This document shows, piece after piece, positions 1-15,722 of a stretch of 64,000 bases of DNA (the first letter of the stretch is position 1; the number at the start of each line of letters is the position of its first letter). Position numbers and translations under genes: made by a program. Source of the stretch: Eledone cirrhosa (lineage: Eukaryota); assembly GCA_964016885.1 (NCBI GenBank), contig OZ024741.1, positions 64,666,001 to 64,730,000 on the forward strand. The letters run 5' to 3'. Below the pieces are notes generated by a model. The model was not told the origin of the DNA. It did no database searches and saw only the letters and a list, made by a program, of their open reading frames with translations.

Positions 1-3322
<3,322 letters not shown>

Positions 3323-3323
3323 A

Positions 3324-3666
3324 TGGCTTAGTGGTTAGAGCATTGGCCTTGCAATCGAAAGGTTGTGAGTTCAATTCTTAGACCCGGTGATGTGTTTTTT
3401 GCTTGAGCAAGACACTTAATTTAACATTGCTCTAGTTTACTCAGCTGTAGAAATGAGATGATAGGGACTGGGGTCCATATCGTTCCACTGCAAAGTGGTC
3501 GTGGAGGTGCCACGGCAAAAAAGCACCCAGCACTCACTGTAAATGAGGTTGGTGTTAGGAAGGGCATCCAGCTGTAGAAATCAAACCAGAATCAGTTCCC
3601 GTCCCACCCTTGCAAGTAGGAAAAAAGCAGACGTAAAAATGAAATGATGATGATAATGATGATGAT
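3324..3666 (+). mobile_element. tRNA-derived SINE (family A) with CORE-like centre and RTE-derived 3' tail
   Basis: A box TGGCTTAGTGG; B box GAGTTCAATTC; CORE-like CTTGAGCAAGACACTTAA; 3' part (CACTGTAAATGAGGTTGGTGTTAGGAAGGGCATCCAGCTGTAGAAA) shared with the RTE LINE 3'UTR; (GAT)n tail. Confidence 0.85.
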
Positions 3667-3769
3667 ATACATTATAGATATATATACACACACACATACA
3701 TATACATAAATACATACACATACATTATAAACATGTACACAAATAATATCCATACATATACAAAGATAT

Positions 3770-4047
3770 CATCACCATTTCAATTTACGTCCGCATTTCC
3801 CTGCTTGCAAGGGTGGGACGGGAACTGATTCTGGCTTGATTTCTACAGCTGGATGCCCATCCTAACACCAACCTCATTTACAGTGAGTGCTGGGTGATTT
3901 TTTTCCGTGGCGCCTACATGTCCACTTTACAGTGTGGGCTGGGTGCTTTTTTTGCCATGGCACCTCCACGACCACTTTGCAGTGGAATGATAGGGACCCC
4001 AGTCCTATCATCTCATTTCTACAGCTGAGTAAACTGGAGCAATGTGA
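3770..4047 (-). mobile_element. 5'-truncated SINE family A copy
   Basis: Reverse complement of ~3425-3650, with one extra ~45 bp internal subrepeat. Confidence 0.85.
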
Positions 4048-4204
4048 TATACATACATATATATACATACATATATTTACATACATACACATACATACAT
4101 ATACACATATATATACATACACACACATATATACATACATACACACATACATACACACATACACACATATATACACACACATATACATACACGCACACAC
4201 ACAC

Positions 4205-4405
4205 ATCATCATCATCATCACCGTTTACCACATCCATTTTTCCACACTAGTATAGGTTAGACAAGTTGTCCTATTGTGGGACAAGTCAGATCAGGTAATT
4301 GTATCTTGTTCATACAGAACTGTTTATGGCTCAGTTTCTATGGCTGGATGTCTTTCCTCATGCCAACTATCTTTAATGTAGACTGGGAGCTTTTTATCAT
4401 GGCTC
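4205..4405 (-). mobile_element. Decayed RTE 3' end
   Basis: (CAT)n followed by a diverged reverse complement of the RTE-A 3'UTR. Confidence 0.65.
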
Positions 4406-4796
4406 CGAACCCCACGTGGCGTCAATAACAGTCATCCCTTAAATAGCATTGAACTAAAACCTGTTGATAAAGTGTCTTCCTTGTTCAATCATCTTACCAG
4501 AAGCCTAACATTATTTATGTAAGCGGACAGTACTTGATTTAGGAGTCGCAGAAACCCAAATGCTGGATATTACCAACCATCCAGGTAAATTTTCAATCAC
4601 ATATATTTCTATTTGTTTGACCAAAATTACTTGGTCGTTTCTTTGGCTGTGCGGATGTTTGTTTAACCATCGTCTCAGTGTGTTTGGCCTTTAACATATG
4701 TTGTAGCTCTGGTTCATCTGAATCATCGAACACTTGCCACACATCTCAGAAGTTGTTTTTCGTTAATTCCTAAGCCGAAATAGGATTCTCGTTAAT

Positions 4797-4830
<34 letters not shown>

Positions 4831-4839
4831 ATATATATA

Positions 4840-4910
<71 letters not shown>

Positions 4911-4913
4911 ATA

Positions 4914-4956
<43 letters not shown>

Positions 4957-4966
4957 ATATATATAT

Positions 4967-7375
4967 GGTTTGTGGCTGGAGTAAGACCTCAAGCAGGAGG
5001 AGAGTGACTTGGTGGTGGAACAATAAGGTAGATGAAGCAGTCAAGGCCAAGAGACAGGCATGGAAAGAATGGAAGAACGGGGGGAGCAGGGTACATTACA
5101 TAGAGACCAAGAGGGAAGCTAGGCGACAAGTATACTTAGCTAGGAGGGAAGCAGAGGATAGAAAATTCAAGCATGTTTTACAACGTGAGGACCAGAAACA
5201 GGAGGTATTCAAGATTGCGAGGCAGTGTGTCAGAGATAGTTGTGATGTCATTGGAGAGAAGTGTATCCGGAATGATAAAGGTGAGCTTGCCCTCACAAGT
5301 GCTGAGAAGAAAGATGCATGGAAGAGTCATTATGATAGATTACTAAATGAGGAGAATGCATGGGAAGAAGAGACCCTACCCCACGTAGACCCTATAGAGG
5401 GACCAGCAGTACAAGTCAGCGGCAGCGTAGTAAGTAAGGCAATCAGAGATATGAAGATAGGGAAGGCAACCGGTCCATCGGGTATAGCTGCCGAGATGCT
5501 GAAGGCATCTGGGTCTGTAGGTCACACTATAACCACACGTATCGTTAACCAGGTAATACTAGAGGGGGCCATACCAAAAGATTGGTGCAGTAGCATCATT
5601 GTCAACTGCTACAAAGGTAAAGGCGATGCACTAGATAGAGGAAACTATAGAGGTATAAAGTTGATGGACCAGGTCATGAAAGTAACAGAAAGAGTTATAG
5701 CACAGCTGATTAGGGACCGGGTGAATATAGACGAGATGCAATTTGGGTTTGTACCAGGGAAAGGCACCACTGATGCCCTCTTCCTTGTGAGGCAATTACA
5801 GGAAAAGTACCTAGCTAAAAGTAAGCCACTCTACTTGGCATTTGTCGACCTTGAGAAAGCCTTTGACAGAGTTCCACGTGCAGTAATCTGGTGGGCTCTT
5901 AGAAAACTAGGAGTAGATGAATGGCTTGTGAAAGCGGTACAAGCCATGTATAGGGGAGCAGTCAGCAAAGTTAGGATTGGCAATGAGTATAGCGAGGAAT
6001 TTAGCGTACAGGTTGGGGTCCACCAGGGCTCTGTTCTTAGCCCTCTCCTGTTCATCATAGTCCTGCAGGCAATAACGGAGGAGTTTAAGACCGGATGCCC
6101 ATGGGAACTCCTGTATGCTGATGACCTCGCACTCATAGCTGAATCTATGGTAGAACTAGAGAATAAATTCCAAACCTGGAAGCAGGGACTAGAGAGAAAG
6201 GGCCTCAAAGTCAACATGACAAAGACTAAGGTCCTTGTAAGTAGACGAGAAAACAGAACCCAGATCCCCTCAGGGAAATGGCCTTGCTCAGTATGTAGGA
6301 AAGGTGTAGGTAGGAACTCCATTCTCTGCCCCAAATGCAAACAATGGGTACACAAGAGATGTAGTGGGATCTCAGGAAGCTTAATTAAGAATGTAGGATT
6401 CACATGCAGCAGCTGTGCTGAAACAGCAAGCAAACAGCCACAGGAAACAAGTACCACCAATCTCTGGGAGGGCCCTGTAGAAACAGTAGACAGCTTCTGC
6501 TACCTAGGTGACCGAATTAGCAACGGAGGTGGGTGCTCAGAAAGTACAATAACTAGGGTAAGAACGGGATGGAAGAAGTTTAGGGAACTACTACCACTGC
6601 TAGCTGCAAAAGGCTTCTCCCTCAGAATGAAAGGCAGACTGTATGATGCGTGTATCCGAACAGCGATGTTGCATGGTAGTGAGACCTGGGCGCTGAAGGT
6701 GGAAGACTTACGTAGATTAGAGAGAAACGAAGCCTGCATGCTCCGATGGATGTGTAACAGTAATATACGTGAACGACAAAGCATAAAGGAATTGAGAGAG
6801 AGAGACTGAGCATAAGAGGAATCAAATGCTGCGTGCAGGAGAGGCGGTTACGCTGGTATGGACATGTGATGCGTATGAAGGATGACAGCTGCATAAAAAG
6901 GTGCAGAGCACTAGAAGTTGATGGAAACCGCGGAGTGGGGAGACCCAAGATGACTTGGGATGAGGTGATAAAAGCCGACCTTACCCAACTACACCTCTCA
7001 AAGTCAATGACACACGACCGTGACTTCTGGCGTCACGCAGTAATACAGGGTACCCGACCTCCCATGGGTACATGCTGAAGCATATAAACAATATGCCCCC
7101 CCCCCCCCCACCGCAACAAGGTGGCCGTGGAGGTGCCACGGCAAAAAAGCACCCAGCCCACACTGTAAAGTGGACGTGTAGGCGCCACGAAAAAGCACCC
7201 AGCACTCACTGTAAATGAGGTTGGTGTTAGGAAGGGCATCCAGCTGTAGAAATCAAGCCAGATCAGTTCCTGTATGAGCAAGGCATGGTCAGCCGACCAG
7301 ACACTGCCCACAACAGGACAACCCGTCTAACCCATGCTAGCGTGGAAGAACGGACGTAAAACGGTGATGATGATG

Positions 7376-7377
<2 letters not shown>
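4967..7377 (+). mobile_element. RTE-clade non-LTR retrotransposon, subfamily A, copy 1 (5'-truncated, frameshifted)
   Basis: RT motifs [44 protein letters not shown] and RRLRWYGHV; an extra GA in the (GA)n run at ~6794-6805 shifts the frame relative to copy 2; 3'UTR ends in (GAT)n; no APE endonuclease domain present. Confidence 0.95.
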
Positions 7378-7421
<44 letters not shown>

Positions 7422-7424
7422 ATA

Positions 7425-7485
<61 letters not shown>

Positions 7486-7488
7486 ATA

Positions 7489-7536
<48 letters not shown>

Positions 7537-8675
7537 TTTTATGTCCTAAATGCAAAGTATGGGTGCATAAAAGATGTAGTGGGATCACAGGTAAGCTAAC
7601 TAAGAACATAGATTTTACATGTGGCCGGTGCTCTGGTGCAATAAGTAGCAGCAAGTGCCCACAAACTACTAGCTCTTTCAAATGCGCAGAGGGTTCTATA
7701 GAAATAGTGGACAGCTTCCGTTACCTGGGCGATAAAATCAGCAGTGGGGGAGGGTGCTCTGAAAGTACTGTAGCTAGAGTCAGAACTGGTTGGAAAAAGT
7801 TCAGAGAGCTTATACCACTATTAGCTGCTAAAGGGTTCTCACTAAAAATGAAAGGCAGGTTGTACGATGCCTGCATACGAACAGCAATGCTGCATGGCAG
7901 TGAGACCTGGGCATTGTGTGCAGAGGATATACGCAGACTAGAGAGGAACGAAGCTTGCATGCTCCGCTGGATGTGTAACAGTAATATACGTGAACGGCAA
8001 AGCATAAACGAACTAAGGAAAAAATTAGAGATAAGAGGGATCAGATGTTGTTTACTCGAGAGAAGGCTACGTTGGTATGGACACGTGATGCGCATGAAAG
8101 TCGATAGCTGTATAACAAAGTGCAGGGCAATAAAGATAGACGGTAGTCACGGAATAGGCAGACCTAGAAAAACCTGGGACGAGCTGATAAACTCCGACAT
8201 CACACACTTACACCTCTCCAAGACAATGTCACTGGACCGAGACCTTTGGCGGTACTCAGTAACAGAGAAGACCCGCCTTACCTAAATATATAGTAAAACC
8301 TACTCCAGCCAGTAGGCATCTCTAACAAAATACACCCCGCCCACCACCACCACCCCATCCACACCACCCCGTTCTATGTAAAGTTATGTTGGTGCCGCGC
8401 CATCGAGGCCGAAACAAATGAGATCGTGTAGGTGTCACGACAAAAAAACACACAGTCCACGCTGTAATGTGGCCGTGTAGGCAACACGGTAAAAACCTCC
8501 CAGACCCACACTGTAAATGTGGTTGGTGTTAGGAAGGGCATCCAACTGTAGAAAACCTGCCAGACAGTCCTATGCGAGCAAGACAATCACTCTTGCCTCA
8601 AGTGGGACTACCCCCGTCCAAACCCATGCAAGCGTGGAACACGGACGTTAAACGTTGATGATGATGATGATGATG

Positions 8676-8677
<2 letters not shown>
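7537..8677 (+). mobile_element. RTE subfamily B, copy 1 (5'-truncated)
   Basis: C-terminal ORF 7563-8285 nearly identical to the end of 9150-10544; B-type 3'UTR; (GAT)n tail; flanked by (TA)n. Confidence 0.95.
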
Positions 8678-8716
<39 letters not shown>

Positions 8717-8775
8717 TAAAAAAATAATGAATAAAACAATGAAACAGTTCCTTATATTAAACAAAAAAAGTTCAT

Positions 8776-8919
8776 TATTTAACGATCGTTTCTGGGATAT
8801 ATATGTGTTAGAATTGGCATGTATATTTAACAGATCTATGTACAAAATTATACAAAATTATACAAACTATCAAAATTAAATATACATACCAACTCATATA
8901 TATGCCGTCTTCAGAAATA
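8776..8919 (-). ncRNA. Type I hammerhead ribozyme-like motif with very long stem II
   Basis: Minus strand reads TATTT-CTGAAGA-[~115 nt imperfect hairpin]-GAAAC-GATC-GTT-AAATA; stem I TATTT/AAATA; palindromic stem III ACGATCGT; GUU triplet. Confidence 0.65.
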
Positions 8920-8921
8920 TC

Positions 8922-9110
<189 letters not shown>

Positions 9111-9138
9111 ATATATATATATATATATATTAAATAAA

Positions 9139-10937
9139 TCGACCAGGTCATGAAGGTCACGGAAAAAGTAATAGCACAACTAATCAGAGAGAGAATTGAT
9201 CTAGATGAAATGCAGTTCGGGTTTGTGTCAGGCAAAAGTACCACAGACGCTCTTTTCATAGTACGACAACTACAGGAGAAGTACCTAGCTAAAGGTAAAC
9301 CCCTCTACTTAGCTTTTGTCGACTTGGAGAAAGCCTTCGACAGAGTCCCCCGCTCCATTATCTGGTGGGCTCTTAGAAAACTAGGCGTTGACGAATGGCT
9401 TGTGAGGGCTATACAAGCCATGTATAAAGAAACAGTCAGCAAGGTTAGAATTAACAACGAATATAGTGAAGAGTTTAGCGTAAAAGTTGGCGTCCATCAG
9501 GGCTCTGTTCTCAGCCCACTACTATTTATTATTGCCCTTCAGGCTATAACAGAGGAGTTCAAGACAGGCTGCCCATGGGAACTCCTATACGCAGACGACC
9601 TGACACTCATAGCGGAATCAATGGCCGAGCTAGAGAAGAAATTCCAAACATGGAAGCACGGCCTAGAGTCAAAAGGACTTAAAATTAACCTGGCTAAGAC
9701 CAAAGTACTAGTTTGTAGGAAAGAAAACAAGGCGGCGGTCCCTTCTGGGAAATGGTCGTGCTCGGTGTGTAGGAAAGGCGTAGGTAGAAACTCCATTTTA
9801 TGTCCTAAATGCAAAGTATGGGTGCATAAAAGATGTAGTGGGATCACAGGTAAGCTAACTAAGAACATAGATTTTACATGTGGCCGGTGCTCTGGTGCAA
9901 TAAGTAGCAGCAAGTGCCCACAAAATACTAGCTCTTTCAATTGCGCAGAGGGTTCTATAGAAATAGTGGACAGCTTCCGTTACCTGGGCGATAAAATCAG
10001 CAGTGGGGGAGGGTGCTCTGAAAGTACTGTAGCTAGAGTCAGAACTGGTTGGAAAAAGTTCAGAGAGCTTATACCACTATTAGCTGCTAAAGGGTTCTCA
10101 CTAAAAATGAAAGGCAGGTTGTACGATGCCTGCATACGAACAGCAATGCTGCATGGCAGTGAGACCTGGGCATTGTGTGCAGAGGATATACGCAGACTAG
10201 AGAGGAACGAAGCTTGCATGCTCCGCTGGATGTGTAACAGTAATATACGTGAACGGCAAAGCATAAACGAACTAAGGAAAAAATTAGAGATAAGAGGGAT
10301 CAGATGTTGTTTACTCGAGAGAAGGCTACGTTGGTATGGACACGTGATGCGCATGAAAGTCGATAGCTGTATAACAAAGTGCAGGGCAATAAAGATAGAC
10401 GGTAGTCACGGAATAGGCAGACCTAGAAAAACCTGGGACGAGCTGGTAAACTCCGACATCACACACTTACACCTCTCCAAGACAATGTCACTGGACCGAG
10501 ACCTTTGGCGGTACTCAGTAACAGAGAAGACCCGCCTTACCTAAATATATAGTAAAACCTACTCCAGCCAGTAGGCATCTCTAACAAAATACACCCCGCC
10601 CACCACCACCACCCCCACCACACCACCCCGTTCTATGTAAAGTTATGTTGGTGCCGCGCCATCGAGGCCGAAACAAATGAGATCGTGTAGGTGTCACGAC
10701 AAAAAAACACACAGTCCACGCTGTAATGTGGCCGTGTAGGCAACACGGTAAAAACCTCCCAGACCCACACTGTAAATGTGGTTGGTGTTAGGAAGGGCAT
10801 CCAACTGTAGAAAACCTGCCAGACAGTCCTATGCCAGCAAGACAATCACTCTTGCCTCAAGTGGGACTACCCCCGTCCAAACCCATGCAAGCGTGGAACA
10901 CGGACGTTAAACGTTGATGATGATGATGATGATGATG
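9139..10937 (+). mobile_element. RTE subfamily B, copy 2 (5'-truncated, uninterrupted RT C-terminal ORF 9150-10544)
   Basis: RT motifs [20 protein letters not shown]; 3'UTR with (GAT)n; inserted in (TA)n. Confidence 0.95.
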
Positions 10938-10979
10938 TACATATGTATATGTACATATATGTATATATATATATGTGTG

Positions 10980-11010
<31 letters not shown>

Positions 11011-11015
11011 GTACA

Positions 11016-11046
<31 letters not shown>

Positions 11047-11388
11047 GGAGGCACATGGCTTAGTGGTTAGAGCATAGGCCTTGCAATCGAAAGGTTGTGA
11101 GTTCAATTCTCAGACCGGGTCATGTGTTGTTTCCTTGAGCAAGACACTCTATTTCACATTGCTCCAGTGTACTCAGCTGTAGAAATGAGATGATAGGAAC
11201 TGGGGTCCATATCATTCCACTGCAAAAGTGGTGGTGGAGGTGCCACGGCAAAAAAGCACCCAGCACTCACTGTAAATGAGGTTGGTGTTAGGAAGGGCAT
11301 CCTACTGTTGAAATCAAGCCAGAATCAGTTCCCGTCCCACCCTTGCAAGCAGAGAAAAGTGAACGTAAAATGATGATGATGTTGATGA
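11047..11388 (+). mobile_element. Full-length SINE family A
   Basis: GGAGGCACATGGCTTAGTGG (A box), GAGTTCAATTC (B box), CORE-like segment, RTE-like tail and (GAT)n; flanked by (TA)n. Confidence 0.9.
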
Positions 11389-11404
11389 TATATATATATA
11401 TATA

Positions 11405-11500
<96 letters not shown>

Positions 11501-11562
11501 TATGTGTATATATATGTGTATATATATGTGTATATATATGTGTATATATATATGTATATATA

Positions 11563-11604
<42 letters not shown>

Positions 11605-11770
11605 TGTGTATATATATACATATATGTATATATATATATATGTGTATATATATATGTATATATATATATATGTGTATATATATATATGTGTATATATATA
11701 TATATATAAATATATATATATATAAATATATATATATATGTGTATATATATATAAATATATATATATGTG

Positions 11771-11806
<36 letters not shown>

Positions 11807-11866
11807 TATGTGTATATATATATATATATATATGTGTGTATATGTATATATGTATATATATATATA
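11389..11866. repeat. (TA)n/(TG) microsatellite
   Basis: Directly visible in the sequence. Confidence 0.95.
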
Positions 11867-14428
11867 GAGAAGAAAGATCTGGAAGCTGAAAGTCCCCTCA
11901 ACCAGTAACAGATTTAAAGATATTTTACTCAACGCCTACGACAGTAAAGAAGAACAGATAGAGACATTTAACGTAGAAGAGAACTGGGAGTTCCTAAAAA
12001 ATAACTTACTAGAGGCGACGGATGAGGTTTGTGGCTGGAGTAAGACCTCAAGCAGGAGGAGAGTGACTTGGTGGTGGAACAATAAGGTAGATGAAGCAGT
12101 CAAGGCCAAGAGACAGGCATGGAAAGAATGGAAGAACGGGGGGAGCAGGGTACATTACATAGAGACCAAGAGGGAAGCTAGGCGACAAGTATACTTAGCT
12201 AGGAGGGAAGCAGAGGATAGAAAATTCAAGCATGTTTTACAACGTGAGGACCAGAAACAGGAGGTATTCAAGATTGCGAGGCAGTGTGTCAGAGATAGTT
12301 GTGATGTCATTGGAGAGAAGTGTATCCGGAATGATAAAGGTGAGCTTGCCCTCACAAGTGCTGAGAAGAAAGATGCATGGAAGAGTCATTATGATAGATT
12401 ACTAAATGAGGAGAATGCATGGGAAGAAGAGACCCTACCCCACGTAGACCCTATAGAGGGACCAGCAGTACAAGTCAGCGGCAGCGTAGTAAGTAAGGCA
12501 ATCAGAGATATGAAGATAGGGAAGGCAACCGGTCCATCGGGTATAGCTGCCGAGATGCTGAAGGCATCTGGGTCTGTAGGTCACACTATAACCACACGTA
12601 TCGTTAACCAGGTAATACTAGAGGGGGCCATACCAAAAGATTGGTGCAGTAGCATCATTGTCAACTGCTACAAAGGTAAAGGCGATGCACTAGATAGAGG
12701 AAACTATAGAGGTATAAAGTTGATGGACCAGGTCATGAAAGTAACAGAAAGAGTTATAGCACAGCTGATTAGGGACCGGGTGAATATAGACGAGATGCAA
12801 TTTGGGTTTGTTCCAGGGAAAGGCACCACTGATGCGCTCTTCCTTGTGAGGCAATTACAGGAAAAGTACCTAGCTAAAAGTAAGCCACTCTACTTGGCAT
12901 TTGTCGACCTTGAGAAAGCCTTTGACAGAGTTCCACGTGCAGTAATCTGGTGGGCTCTTAGAAAACTAGGAGTAGATGAATGGCTTGTGAAAGCGGTACA
13001 AGCCATGTATAGGGGAGCAGTCAGCAAAGTTAGGATTGGCAATGAGTATAGCGAGGAATTTAGCGTACAGGTTGGGGTCCACCAGGGCTCTGTTCTTAGC
13101 CCTCTCCTGTTCATCATAGTCCTGCAGGCAATAACGGAGGAGTTTAAGACCGGATGCCCATGGGAACTCCTGTATGCTGATGACCTCGCACTCATAGCTG
13201 AATCTATGGTAGAACTAGAGAATAAATTCCAAACCTGGAAGCAGGGACTAGAGAGAAAGGGCCTCAAAGTCAACATGACAAAGACTAAGGTCCTTATAAG
13301 TAGACGAGAAAACAGAACCCAGATCCCCTCAGGGAAATGGCCTTGCTCAGTATGTAGGAAAGGTGTAGGTAGGAACTCCATTCTTTGCCCCAAATGCAAA
13401 CAATGGGTACACAAGAGATGTAGCGGGATCTCAGGAAGCTTAATTAAGAATGTAGGATTCACATGCAGCAGCTGTGCTGAAACAGCAAGCAAACAGCCAC
13501 AGGAAACAAGTACCACCAATCTCTGGGAGGGCCCTGTAGAAACAGTAGACAGCTTCTGCTACCTAGGTGACCGAATTAGCAACGGAGGTGGGTGCTCAGA
13601 AAGTACAATAACTAGGGTAAGAACGGGATGGAAGAAGTTTAGGGAACTACTACCACTGCTAGCTGCAAAAGGCTTCTCCCTCAGAATGAAAGGCAGACTG
13701 TATGATGCGTGTATCCGAACAGCGATGTTGCATGGTAGTGAGACCTGGGCGCTGAAGGTGGAAGACTTACGTAGATTAGAGAGAAACGAAGCCTGCATGC
13801 TCCGATGGATGTGTAACAGTAATATACGTGAACGACAAAGCATAAATGAATTGAGAGAGAGACTGAGCATAAGAGGAATCAAATGCTGCGTGCAGGAGAG
13901 GCGGTTACGCTGGTATGGACATGTGATGCGTATGAAGGATGACAGCTGCATAAAAAGGTGCAGAGCACTAGAAGTTGATGGAAACCGCGGAGTGGGGAGA
14001 CCCAAGATGACTTGGGATGAGGTGATAAAAGCCGACCTTACCCAACTACACCTCTCAAAGTCAATGACACACGACCGTGACTTCTGGCGTCACGCAGTAA
14101 TACAGGGTACCCGACCTCCCATGGGTACATGCTGAAGCATATAAACAATATGCCCCCCCCCCCACCGCAAGGTGGTCGTGGAGGTGCCACGGCAAAAAAG
14201 CACCCAGCCCACACTGTAAAGTGGACGTGTAGGCGCCACGAAAAAGCACCCAGCACTCACTGTAAATGAGGTTGGTGTTAGGAAGGGCATCCAGCTGTAG
14301 AAATCAAGCCAGATCAGTTCCTGTATGAGCAAGGCATGGTCAGCCGACCAGACACTGCCCACAACAGGACAACCCGTCTAACCCATGCTAGCGTGGAAGA
14401 ACGGACGTAAAACGGTGATGATGATGAT
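11867..14428 (+). mobile_element. RTE subfamily A, copy 2 (longest copy, 5'-truncated)
   Basis: Near-identical to copy 1 but extends ~160 bp further 5'; (GAT)n tail. Confidence 0.96.
11868..14135 (+). CDS. Truncated RTE ORF: reverse transcriptase with inserted PHD-type finger; endonuclease missing
   Basis: Open frame from RRKIWKLK... to ...PPMGTC*; full RT motif set; C4HC3 cluster CSVC..CPKC..H..C..CSSC at 13344-13475; no native start codon. Confidence 0.85.
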   Translation, partial: RRKIWKLKVPSTSNRFKDILLNAYDSKEEQIETFNVEENWEFLKNNLLEATDEVCGWSKTSSRRRVTWWWNNKVDEAVKAKRQAWKEWKNGGSRVHYIETKREARRQVYLARREAEDRKFKHVLQREDQKQEVFKIARQCVRDSCDVIGEKCIRNDKGELALTSAEKKDAWKSHYDRLLNEENAWEEETLPHVDPIEGPAVQVSGSVVSKAIRDMKIGKATGPSGIAAEMLKASGSVGHTITTRIVNQVILEGAIPKDWCSSIIVNCYKGKGDALDRGNYRGIKLMDQVMKVTERVIAQLIRDRVNIDEMQFGFVPGKGTTDALFLVRQLQEKYLAKSKPLYLAFVDLEKAFDRVPRAVIWWALRKLGVDEWLVKAVQAMYRGAVSKVRIGNEYSEEFSVQVGVHQGSVLSPLLFIIVLQAITEEFKTGCPWELLYADDLALIAESMVELENKFQTWKQGLERKGLKVNMTKTKVLISRRENRTQIPSGKWPCSVCRKGVGRNSILCPKCKQWVHKRCSGISGSLIKNVGFTCSSCAETASKQPQETSTTNLWEGPVETVDSFCYLGDRISNGGGCSESTITRVRTGWKKFRELLPLLAAKGFSLRMKGRLYDACIRTAMLHGSETWALKVEDLRRLERNEACMLRWMCNSNIRERQSINELRERLSIRGIKCCVQERRLRWYGHVMRMKDDSCIKRCRALEVDGNRGVGRPKMTWDEVIKADLTQLHLSKSMTHDRDFWRHAVIQGTRPPMGTC

Positions 14429-14538
14429 ATATGTATATACTGCCAATGTGTATATATATATATATATAAATATATATATATATAAATATATATATATATG
14501 TGTATATGTATATATATATATATAAATATATATATGTG

Positions 14539-14617
<79 letters not shown>

Positions 14618-14655
14618 ATATGTATATATGTATATATATATATATATATGTATAT

Positions 14656-15024
14656 ACACACGACCGTGACTTCTGGTGTCACGCAGTAATACAGGGTACC
14701 CGACCTCCCATGGGTACATGCTGAAGCATATAAACAATATGCCCCCACCGCAAGGTGGTCGTGGAGGTGCCACGGCAAAAAAAGCACCCAGCCCACACTG
14801 TAAAGTGGACGTGTAGGCGCCACGAAAAAGCACCCAGCACTCACTGTAAATGAGGTTGGTGTTAGGAAGGGCATCCAGCTGTAGAAATCAAGCCAGATCA
14901 GCTCCTGTATGAGCAAGGCATGGTCAGCCGACCAGACACTGCCCACAACAGGACAACCCGTCTAACCCATGCTAGCGTGGAAGAACGGACGTAAAACGGT
15001 GATGATGATGATGATGATGATGAT
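14656..15024 (+). mobile_element. RTE subfamily A, copy 3 (3' ~370 bp only)
   Basis: Matches ~14068-14428; (GAT)n tail; flanked by (TA)n. Confidence 0.92.
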
Positions 15025-15041
15025 ATATATATATATATATA

Positions 15042-15163
15042 ATCATCATCATCGTTTAACGTCTATTTTCCACGTTAGCATATGGGTTTAGATGGGAATT
15101 GTCCCAATTGAGGCAAGGTTGGTTGGGAGACCGTATCTCACTCGAATAGGACTGTCTGGCAGG
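15042..15163 (-). mobile_element. Decayed RTE 3' end, tail-to-tail with copy 3
   Basis: (CAT)n-CGTTTAACGTC...GCATATGGG is the reverse complement of the RTE tail. Confidence 0.65.
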
Positions 15164-15173
15164 TACATATATA

Positions 15174-15205
<32 letters not shown>

Positions 15206-15306
15206 AATAAATGTAAAGAATAAAATCGAAGAGGGCTCGATAAGGATTATATATATAAAATATATATATATATATATATATAAAAACCCGTAGAGCAAAT
15301 ATTTAC

Positions 15307-15430
15307 TAAAAGTACAGATTAAAGTTTAAGCTGCTTTCACCCTTTTCTAAGATCTTCTGGAGATCTTCAGAAGATCCCATAAAAGGGTGAAAGCAGCGAT
15401 TCTTTGCTTAAACTTTAATCTGTACTTTTA
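15307..15430. repeat. Short fold-back palindrome
   Basis: TAAAAGTACAGATTAAAGTTTAAGC...GCTTAAACTTTAATCTGTACTTTTA; inner pair GCTGCTTTCACCCTTTT/AAAAGGGTGAAAGCAGC; centre AGATCT. Confidence 0.85.
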
Positions 15431-15675
15431 ATATATACATATACATATATATATATATATACATATAGTATTAATTATACTATTTATGGTTATGTAAATA
15501 CAAAAACCTTTTGCAGTTATATATATTTTTTTATACAAACCCTAAATAGTGGTAGGCAGTAATGTATTACTACCTTATTACCAGTAAGTTAAGTAGCTCA
15601 ATGTAAAAACATCAGATGATTTACAGAGCAGTTATATGAAATATAAGAATCAAAGAACTGTTCAAAACATTTTTA

Positions 15676-15722
15676 TGCTTACAACTGTTTCCTCCAAACC
15701 GAGGTTTGGATTCTTCGGAGCA
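15676..15722 (-). ncRNA. Minimal type I hammerhead-like motif (left arm)
   Basis: Reverse complement of 16294-16340. Confidence 0.6.

Noticed and set aside
3324-3390. tRNA gene
   Set aside because: A and B boxes are present but continue into a SINE body and tail; this is a SINE head, not a tRNA
4400-4795. Unique segment as a possible host exon or hammerhead element
   Set aside because: Stops in all minus-strand frames tried, and only partial core-like words
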